From positions 300,452,001-300,516,000 of the forward strand of contig OZ024741.1 of assembly GCA_964016885.1 (NCBI GenBank): a stretch of DNA of 64,000 nt. The letters are read 5' to 3'. A model generated the notes under the pieces. That model was given only the letters and a program-made list of their open reading frames with translations. It had not been told where the DNA came from and searched no databases. The position numbers and the translations under genes were made by a program. Shown here piece after piece: positions 54,889 to 64,000 of this stretch. This DNA comes from Eledone cirrhosa (lineage: Eukaryota). Position 1 is the stretch's first letter; every line of letters begins with the position of its first letter.

Positions 54889-57800
54889 GGCCCTTTCTGC
54901 CCGTGTGTTTGTTTGTTTATGTGTGTCCGTATACAGCGTGGTGATAATGCCACACAAGGGCCAAGTGGGATGGCGGATCCACAGATGGCTATGTAAACAT
55001 ACGTTCGCCAATCCTCGATAAGAGTGTTTAAATATCGAACATAAACAGTTCGAATAACGGTGAAATGGAGACTAGAACGTCATGTGACAGACTCTCACCC
55101 AACAGGTGCCCCCTGGCTCAGCAGCAGGAACCTGACTGTCAACCAAATACTGCTGATGTTGGAGGAAGAAGAAGAAGGAAAGGGGCCAGAACCAACTGGA
55201 CGAAAGAATTGAATAGAACTGTTATGCAATGCTACCTGAAAAGTAACCCCAAGGAGAGGGGCTACAGGAGACGGATGCATAACATCTGGAACGAGATTGG
55301 TTTATTTAAATTAGATGAACAAAAATTGGCCGGGCAGGCTCGGGTAATAAGAACTAATGGGTGGATAAGCGAGCTGGAACTGGAGGAACTGAGCAGAGAG
55401 AATGGCTTGGAGATGGCGGGTGTAGTATGCCAGACAAGCGAGCCGGCGGGAAATGAAGGTGAGGAGGTCCTGAGAACGGAGGAACCACCCGAAGCAGACA
55501 ATGATCTGAATACTGAGATAAATAATACCTGGAACAGAGATACGGCCACTGAGGAGATGAATGCTGACGGGCTAGGACAAGATTCGGTTGACATCCTAAA
55601 TTTAGTGGTAGATGAGTTGAACAATGATAGTGGGAGACCTATGAACCTAAGATTTGTAGACAGGAAAAAGTTAAAAGAAACAACAGCTAGGGTAAACAAA
55701 GTCATCCCATACCTTGAGGCGAGGAGTCTTCACCAGTGCAACAATATCCTCAAAGCAACAGCAAATACGGTGAGGAAACTACTTGGTATAAAAGCGAGAG
55801 GAAACAACAGACAAGAAAGAGCAGAGCCGTGGTGGAAGAAGCGACTGAGTGGGCAAATCGGGGAAATGAGAAATGACATAGGAAAGCTTGAGTCACTACT
55901 GAATGGGACACTAAAAAACATAGGCACTAAAAATAGACTGGAAATAAAATACAAAACTAGGAGTAAAAAGCTAAATATTATCATAGAGGAATTGAAGCAA
56001 CGCATTGTAGCAAAGAGTGCCAAAATCAGGCGATACGAGAACAGAGTCAGTCAGTATAAACAGAACCGCATGTTCGACAACAACCAGAAGATGCTGTTTG
56101 GACAGCTTGAGGGGAAAGAAAGAGGCAACGACTTGATCCCTGGGGCGGAACAAGCTAAAACATTCTGGAGAGGAATATGGGAGCAGGATGTTAGACACAA
56201 TGCCCAGGCAGGGTGGATTGAAACAGTACAGAGGGAGATCGGTGAGCAGGCACAGCAACAGACTGATTTGAGTATCACAGTTGAAACTCTTAAGGGGCAA
56301 GCCAAAAAACTAACCAACTGGAAATCACCAGGCCCAGATGGTGTGCAGGGGTATTGGATTAAACATTTAACATCCCTCCACCCGAAGCTGACGGCCATGT
56401 TCAATGACTGCTTGGTGTCGGGTGAGGTGCCAGAGTGGTTGACAAAAGGTACCACAGTTCTGATAATGAAAGACCGAAGCAAGGGTAATGATGTTACCAA
56501 CTATAGACCTATCACATGTCTGCCCGTAATGTGGAAACTGTTGACGAGCATTGTGTCTGAGGAAATCTGCCATCACCTCCACACAAACAACTTGTTACCG
56601 GACGAACAGAAAGGATGCCGAAAGAAGTCACGTGGTACAAAGGACCAGTTGCTTATTGATAAGATGGTAATGGGGAATTGCAGGAGGAGACACACTGATC
56701 TTGCCATGGGATGGATAGACTACAGAAAGGCATTTGACATGGTGCCTCATTCCTGGATCACCAAAAGCCTGGAGATCAGGGTGGCGGATAACATCAGACA
56801 GTTGCTGGGCAGGAGTATGGGGTCCTGGGAGACAGAGTTGACATCAACTGGAGTATCCTTGGGAAGCGTGAAGATCAAGAGAGGTATCTTCCAGGGAGAT
56901 AGCCTGTCCTCTCTGTTGTTTGTCCTTGCCCTGATGCCCTTGACCATTATGCTGCGAAAAGTGAGAGCAGGATACAAGTTGGGAAGGGGAGAGCTTACCA
57001 TCAATCACCTCCTCTTCATGGACGATCTTAAGCTCTTCGGGAAAAGTGAGAAGGAGTTGGATGTGCTTGTTGACACTGTCCGTATTTTCAGCAGTGATAT
57101 ATGTATGCAGTTTGGTATTGGTAAATGTGGAGTCATTGTGATGAGGAGGGGTAGGTTGAGCAGAAGTAACGGGATCCAGATACGAACAGGTGAGATGATA
57201 AAGGAAATTGACTCTGAGGAAGGATACAAGTATTTGGGCGTTCTGGAGGCTGATGGCATAAAGAACAAAAAAATGAAGGAATTGTTAAGAACTGAATACA
57301 TTCGGAGAGTAAGGAGCGTATTGAAGTCACATCTGAACAGCAGAAATGCCATAAGCGCAGTAAATTCCCGAGCTGTGTCTATTATTAGGTACAGTGCGGG
57401 AATTCTGAGATGGAATGTTGCTGAACAAAAAGAAATGGATAGGAAGACTAGGAAGCTATTGACTATCTACAACATGTTCCACAAGAGGAGTGATGTCGAT
57501 AGACTCTACCTAAGGAGATCTGAGGGTGGAAGAGGTCTTATCAGCATAGAGGACTGTGTTCAGATGGAGAAAAACAACCTATACAAATACGTGACCTATA
57601 GTAAGGAGCCAATGCTCAGAGCTGTACTGAAGGAGGGGACAGTAGGCCAGGGGATATCCAAGGAGGAAATAACATCAAGGAGGAAGAGCAGCCTTAAGGG
57701 AAAATCCCTTCATAGTACCTTCTTTGAGAAAACTGAATTTAGAGATCCACAGACATGGAACTGGTTGAGAAGAGGAGACCTCAAAAAGGCTACAGAAGGA

Positions 57801-58566
57801 ATGCTAATGGCTGCGCAGGAGCAGGCCCTCAAAACGAAGTGGTTGAAGCACCATATCTACAAGGAGGAGGCTAGCCCACTGTGCAGGATCTGTGGAGAGA
57901 GAGAGGAGACTGTGGCCCACATTGTGTCTGAGTGTAAACACCTAGCCCAGACCCACTATAAGGGCTGGAGACACGATGTGATGGGCAGGGTGATCCACTG
58001 GCACCTGTGCAAAGTAAACAATCTACCACATTCTGAGAAATGGTATGAGCATAGGCCAGAGGCGGTGATGGAGAACAGTCAGGTGAAGGTGCTGTGGGAT
58101 TTTAGGATACAGACGGACAAAAAACTGGAACACAATAGACCTGACCTGGTGGTTGTGGACAAAGAAAAAAGATCGTGCCTGATTGTGGATGTGGCCTGCC
58201 CGTTCGACACGAGAGTGCAAGAGAAGGAGAGGGAGAAAATTAACCGATACCAGGACCTAAAGTGGGAGGTGAAAAGGATTTGGAACTGCCATGAAGTCAA
58301 AGTGATCCCGATTGTCATAGGCGCACTGGGGACTATCTCCAAAGGTTTCCAGGGATGGTTAAAGAAAATCGGCCCCTTCACGCTTTTTGGAACGCTTCAA
58401 AAGGCATGCTTGCTTGGAACGGCAAGAACCCTCCGATACGTCCTGAATATCTGAGGCTGCAGGTAGTGGCTTGATATTCAATCCAACGGACTTTCCAGTT
58501 AACCAACATCAATGACTGAGATTCAAGGAATAACAATAACAATAATAATAATAATAATAATAATAA
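54889..58566 (+). mobile_element. R4/Dong-type family-1 non-LTR retrotransposon, apparently full length
   Basis: Structured 5' leader, single long ORF, short 3' UTR and (AAT)n tail; 5' boundary inferred. Confidence 0.9.
55065..58454 (+). CDS. Reverse transcriptase plus CCHC finger plus restriction-like endonuclease (1129 aa)
   Basis: Myb-like RTNWTKELN; WKSPGPDGV, NYRPITCL, GIFQGDSLS, FMDD; CRICGEREETVAHIVSEC; RPDLVV..IVDVACP..EK..RY. Confidence 0.95.
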   Translation: METRTSCDRLSPNRCPLAQQQEPDCQPNTADVGGRRRRKGARTNWTKELNRTVMQCYLKSNPKERGYRRRMHNIWNEIGLFKLDEQKLAGQARVIRTNGWISELELEELSRENGLEMAGVVCQTSEPAGNEGEEVLRTEEPPEADNDLNTEINNTWNRDTATEEMNADGLGQDSVDILNLVVDELNNDSGRPMNLRFVDRKKLKETTARVNKVIPYLEARSLHQCNNILKATANTVRKLLGIKARGNNRQERAEPWWKKRLSGQIGEMRNDIGKLESLLNGTLKNIGTKNRLEIKYKTRSKKLNIIIEELKQRIVAKSAKIRRYENRVSQYKQNRMFDNNQKMLFGQLEGKERGNDLIPGAEQAKTFWRGIWEQDVRHNAQAGWIETVQREIGEQAQQQTDLSITVETLKGQAKKLTNWKSPGPDGVQGYWIKHLTSLHPKLTAMFNDCLVSGEVPEWLTKGTTVLIMKDRSKGNDVTNYRPITCLPVMWKLLTSIVSEEICHHLHTNNLLPDEQKGCRKKSRGTKDQLLIDKMVMGNCRRRHTDLAMGWIDYRKAFDMVPHSWITKSLEIRVADNIRQLLGRSMGSWETELTSTGVSLGSVKIKRGIFQGDSLSSLLFVLALMPLTIMLRKVRAGYKLGRGELTINHLLFMDDLKLFGKSEKELDVLVDTVRIFSSDICMQFGIGKCGVIVMRRGRLSRSNGIQIRTGEMIKEIDSEEGYKYLGVLEADGIKNKKMKELLRTEYIRRVRSVLKSHLNSRNAISAVNSRAVSIIRYSAGILRWNVAEQKEMDRKTRKLLTIYNMFHKRSDVDRLYLRRSEGGRGLISIEDCVQMEKNNLYKYVTYSKEPMLRAVLKEGTVGQGISKEEITSRRKSSLKGKSLHSTFFEKTEFRDPQTWNWLRRGDLKKATEGMLMAAQEQALKTKWLKHHIYKEEASPLCRICGEREETVAHIVSECKHLAQTHYKGWRHDVMGRVIHWHLCKVNNLPHSEKWYEHRPEAVMENSQVKVLWDFRIQTDKKLEHNRPDLVVVDKEKRSCLIVDVACPFDTRVQEKEREKINRYQDLKWEVKRIWNCHEVKVIPIVIGALGTISKGFQGWLKKIGPFTLFGTLQKACLLGTARTLRYVLNI

Positions 58567-58569
58567 TGA

Positions 58570-60468
58570 TTTCATTTATTAGCCACAAGGGCCGACATGT
58601 AGGGGACAATACAAAGACAGGGACAGTGGGGGTTTACAATAAGGTCGAGTAAAAGTGCACAATGGCAAGACTAATTTAACAATGAAAATATAAAATATAA
58701 AATAAACTATGCAAAATATAACAAAATAAATTCCCCGACAGGGGCTGGACGACCCTGGGGTGATTCGGGTACCCCACCAATCCTGAACCACCCTGCGCTT
58801 CTAGTGCACCCAGGAGAGCACCCTTCTCCTCAAGTTAGCCAGCCTATAGGCGCATGGTCAGAGTAGGCCCATTCACACGAGCCATTCTCGCCACATTCAC
58901 CCACCTTTTAGCAAATGTACTGGGGGGCAGCACTTCTCTCTCCACCCTCACCCTCCTTTCCAGGTGAAACTTGAAGAAGTTGATGAGGGATTGGCCGAAG
59001 AGAAAAGTGTCTGTCTTTAGTCCTTTCAACCTGGTCCACCATATAATCTCTTTCGCAACTGCCACCAGACAGAGGAAAATGTCCTGCTCTTCCTGACCTA
59101 AGGAAGGTGGCGGCTCGATCTTCACTATGGACTCGGCCGATAACTGGATTCGTTCCACACGCGACAGTAGCTGTTCGACATAACTCCACAAGTCAGTAAT
59201 GCACGGACATTGGACAAGTGCGTGCAGAACGGTTTCGTCGTTCTGTGCGCATCTTGGGCAGGTCCGTCTGACAGCACTTCCGTGCCTGTAGAGTTTATCC
59301 CGAACCGGCAGTACCCCCCCGGTAGCACTGCCAAGCGAGGGATTTCTGGAAATTGTCCATCGTCCCCGGCTCAAAAGTCCTCCGGTACAGACTGGTCAGT
59401 TCAACTTCGTCGAGGCCCAAAGCTTCTCCGAGTGCGTCATCGCACTTGCCCACCACTAATCCTCTATAGAACTCGAGAGTGGAAGTTCCACTGATCGCAT
59501 TGCCCGCTTGGTAGAGGGCAGTGAGTGCCTGGCAACATTCCAGGTGCCAGTCACCCAGTCTCCGTCTCTTCTTGACCCAGGACTGCAGCTCAGTCAAAGA
59601 AATGAGCTGCGGAAAGGCCCGTCTGATAAACGGCGACCACACCTGTTCACCATTGAGGCAGAATATCTGGAGATGTCGCAGCCTCAACGCATGTCTGCGC
59701 ATCATTAGCCACGGCATGCCCAGCCCTCCGCGTAGAGGGTGCTGGCAGCAGATGGACCGCCTCACCAACGGAACTTGTCCCCTCCACAAGAATTTGAAGA
59801 GGAGCCGTTCCAACTTGACGAGGCGCGGACGGGGGCAAGGCACGACGGTTAGGCGGTAATAGATGACGGACGCGATGTACGCATTCGCCACCTCCGCGCG
59901 ACCTTTCAGTGATAGCTTCCTCCCAGCCCATTTTTGGGTGAGACTGGCTACTCTGCTCGTTACCTCGTCCCAACTCTTTTCCACCTGGAGGTCTGGTCCG
60001 AACCAAACCCCGAGCAACTTTACTGGTCCGTCCGTCCAGCGCCCCACGACGCTGTTGGACGGCATGGGCTTGCCTCTCCAGGTTCCGAGCTGCAAGCCCA
60101 CCGACTTTTCCGGGTTAAGTTTGGCTCCTGTCAACCTTTCATATTCCTTCAATAAGGTGCCGACCACCTCGATTTCTGAGGTGTTCGACACCATCACGGT
60201 GATGTCGTCCGCATAAGCCGACACCGCCTTTCCACGTCCCGGTTCGAGCGGGATGCCCTGCAACAGCTCCAGCTTCCGCAGTAAAGGCTCGAGAGTCAAT
60301 ACGTACAGCAGGGAAGAGAGAGGGCACCCTTGACGGACCGATCGGGATAGCCGAAATGGTTCCGAGAGGTGGCCATTAACCTTGACCACCGAGCGTGTGC
60401 CGCTGTCTAAAGACAGGGCCGAAGCCAGCTGCTTTGAGGACAAACTCCAGATACCGATGGTCGACCCA
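58570..60468 (-). mobile_element. L1/Tx1-clade element, 5'-truncated
   Basis: VRQGCPLS.LLY, AYADDIT, W.GRKLSLKGR, RGGLGMP and CPRC..DETVLHALVQC; frameshift near 59315; AATAAA then (ATT)n tail; (AAT)n at both ends. Confidence 0.92.
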
Positions 60469-61439
60469 TAATAATAATAATAATAATATGAATAAGAAGA
60501 AGAAGAAGAAGAAGAAGACGCACGTGTTGGATAGAAGATCATGAAATCGCCCCCGTAAGTTTTTGATTTTTAACATATTTAAATCAATTGTGAAATAAAA
60601 ATTCTCAGTACAAATGATACATAAAGCATCCGACTCAAGTCTCAGAAAATTCGGATTCATAATATATTGTTATATCGCTCAAATATTCAATTTTGTATTA
60701 TACATTTTATATTCAAAAAAGAAAATGGTTATAAATGGAAGAAAACCCCCTCTGTCTACACTATATAGAACAGACAAATAACAGCAATTTCACCAACACC
60801 AGAAACTAGATACACCACCTACCCCATCATCCCTCTGTGTACACTAAATACAACAGCCAGATAACGGCAATTCACCACCACCACCACCAATCTCAGCATA
60901 ATAATAATAATTACTATTATTATTGTCTCAAGTTTTAACAAAATGTTTAATTCCAATATTAAAAAAATATGTCAACACATATATTAAACATACACGACAA
61001 ACGCATAGATACACATCAAACAAAACTACAGTCTATTCAACAACACTCAGTAACGACAACGCCATCATTATAGTCACCGCCGCCACCACTCCATCCATCA
61101 TTGCCACCACTATCCCATCACCGCCGCCACCACTCCTTCATTGCAACCACCACTATTCCCCCATTACCTTCTGTTAACTTAAGAAAGGGGAAGGTGGCGG
61201 TATTACTAGACAAGGGAGAGGCTAGCAAAATATATAAATAGATCGACTTAGTGACCCTTCCCCACCAACAATAGGAAAAGCCCCAGCACCACCACCGACA
61301 TAGCCAACAACAATAACAGGCAACTTCAGCAAAAAGTATATTATATTATTAATAATTTCATTCTTAAGCCACGTAATGCTCACATTAAGGAACCACTCAT
61401 GATAATAACAATTTAAAAAACAACAAAAAAGAAAACCCC

Positions 61440-64000
61440 GTGACCAAGAAATACCGGGATGGCGGCCCGCGGGGAATAGCCGTGTCTCTAGGGGAGGACG
61501 AACCCTCTAGTTTTGGTTGACACTCGTCCTAGAAGTGGTAACACGAAATGATTACCCCTTGGCGGATAAGGATCAAACGCGACAAAATAAAGTAAATGTC
61601 TAATGATAAAATCTCATACCGGATCGGCCGTCACCCGGGTCAAAAAGGGCCGCGTCCCTCAGAGAGGAACCATACTGGGGTCGAAAAATCAGCTAATGGT
61701 TCAAACCTTCCCATCACTTCGGAGCTGGAGACCTCCCATAACCGGAATACTCCTACTGTTGGCCCTCCATGCTCACCACCAAGAAATCCAAAGAAAAAGA
61801 GAGAAAAATGGTCAAGGGAAGATAATAAAGAAGTCCTTGAGGCTTTCTACACTGCCATGTACTACCCATCAAATACATCGAATACAGAACAGACATATAT
61901 CAACTGGAAAAAGAAACATCCCGAAAACAGAGGCTATATTGACAGTAACAAACTAGCCAATATACGAAGAAATATTGTAAAAAAAAAGTTACTAACTGAT
62001 AGAAATTGATCAGATAGAAATTGATCTGATAAAAATTGATCAGATCAACCTATTAGCACAAAGTCAGCGAAGGGAAAATGAAACATGTCTTAGTGAAAAT
62101 TAGGTAAATTGTAACACTTTGAATCCCAGGGTTGTGGCGGAATCACTGACAACAGAACAAATTAAAGAAAGGATCGAAAAAGTGGAGGGAGTGCATGCTC
62201 AAGATGAAACTCCAAATGAAAACAATGAGATTGTAAATGATAAAGAAATGAATGAGAATGAACTTGCCAACTTGAAGGATGAAATTATGATCGAATGGAT
62301 GAAAATGAAAGAATATGACATGGGGGAACGAGACACCCTCCCTAAGATCCAGAACTCCAAACAGAACCAAAAGATAATACACAAGACTAACATAATTATC
62401 AAAAACATTATCATCACAAACAAACTAAACATTACTCTATTATGCATCGGCTAAAGTCACCACTCACTTATGTGGAGTGAAGATGAAAAAGCAAAGGAAT
62501 TCCCACAAGAAATCTACTTGGCAAGAGAACATCAATCGCCAAATAAACCTTCTCCGATCTGACATAGAAATTTTAACAAACTATAAAGTAGGTGAACATG
62601 TTAAACAAACTAAACTTAGAAAATTGAAAAGAAAGTACAGTATAAAATCAACAAGTGACATAGACATGCTGATAGAAATAATCAAGCAAAAAGTGTCGGC
62701 CAAAGCTGCTCGTATAAGGCGCCTTGAAAAACGATCTAGATTCTATAAGGACAATAATATGTTCAAAAACAACAAAAGAAACTTCTACAGAAAAATTGGT
62801 AAGTCAACAATAACTGCTAAATCAATATCACCCAAGGAGGAAGTGCAAGAATTCTGGGAAAAGATCTGGGCCGAAGAAAAAATTCATAATATACATGCCC
62901 GATGGATAGACAGGCAAATAAAAGATACAGCTCACCTTGAGGAACAAATATGGGAAAATATAACAGTTGAACAGTTGCGTTTGGCTCTAAGAAAAACCAG
63001 CAAATGGAAATCCCCAGGAAAAGACAAAATACAACATTTTTGGATAAATGCCTTCACAGAGTCTCATGAGCTGTTAGCCCAACTTTACAATGAAATAGTT
63101 AAGGAGCCAGAAAAGATAGCATCAGGGCTAGTTAACGGCATTACATTCCTACTTCCGAAGAATGTTGAGACAAACAATCCCAAAAATTACAGACCGATAA
63201 CTTGCTTGACCACAATGTATAAAATTTTAACATCAGTCCTAACTGAATATACATATGACCACCTGATAACAAATGACCTATTTCCCATTGAGCAGAAAGG
63301 GTGTAAACGAGGCTCATATGGCTGTAAGGACCAGCTTTTGGTTAACAAAATGATACTGGAAGATTGTCATAATTGACACAAAAATCTATCAATTGCTTGG
63401 ATAGATTATAAAAAAGCATTCGATAGTTTGCCACACAGTTGGATTGAAAAATGTTTAGAGATTTTCAAAATATCTCCTGCTGTCAGGAGGTTTTTGTCAT
63501 TCAGCATGAAGACATGGAGAACGACACTCCTTTTGAATAGTGAAACAAAATCACTGGAAGCTGGAGAAGTTAATATTAATTGTGGAATTTTTCAGGGTGA
63601 CTCTTTATCACCGCTTTTATTCTGCATCGCACTTATACCATTAAGTAAAATGCTCAATGAAACAAAGCATGGATATAAAGTCTATGACAAAACCATTAAT
63701 CACTTGTTCTACATGGATGACCTGAAACTATTTGCAAAAAATGATAAACAATTGCAAGGGCTATTATCCACTGTGGAGCAGTTCAGTGATGACATTAAAA
63801 TGGAGTTTGGACTAGATAAATGCGCCAAAGCAACGTTTACCAGAGGAAAGCTGCTGAACAGTTCAGACATTAATCTTGATCGAGGGAATGTGATAAGAGA
63901 ACTTGATCAAGAGGAAACTTACAAATATCTAGGTGTTTGTGAAGGAGACGGAATCAAGCACTCGACAAGGAGGGAAAGGATAAGGAAGAAATGTTACCGC
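61440..64000 (+). mobile_element. R4/Dong family-2 element with its 5' end, inactivated, continuing past the window
   Basis: Close match to 50321 onward from 61879; extra N-terminus with Myb-like REKWSREDN; stops and frameshifts near 62009, 62101, 62430 and 63374. Confidence 0.95.

Overview
AT-rich, microsatellite-dense, repeat-saturated animal DNA with no intact host gene. The (TA)n/(CA)n/(GA)n/(AAT)n load and repeat style suggest a cephalopod such as Octopus, but that is inference. Recognisable content: at least four Penelope-like elements (PLEs; RT plus GIY-YIG); two CRE-clade RT/RLE copies; an (AAT)n-linked chain of R4/Dong-type RT/RLE elements at 49.9-64 kb, including one uninterrupted 1129-aa ORF; and two L1/Tx1-type fragments. 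The most notable unexplained structure is a set of short non-coding fold-back (hairpin) modules embedded in (TA)n. Several carry type I hammerhead ribozyme cores and one family has a tRNA-like head, suggesting non-autonomous elements mobilised by PLEs. The unique sequence between repeats repeatedly translates into stop-riddled fragments resembling adhesion-GPCR GAIN/GPS and 7TM regions. All alignments and folds were done by eye; boundaries are approximate unless motif coordinates are given.
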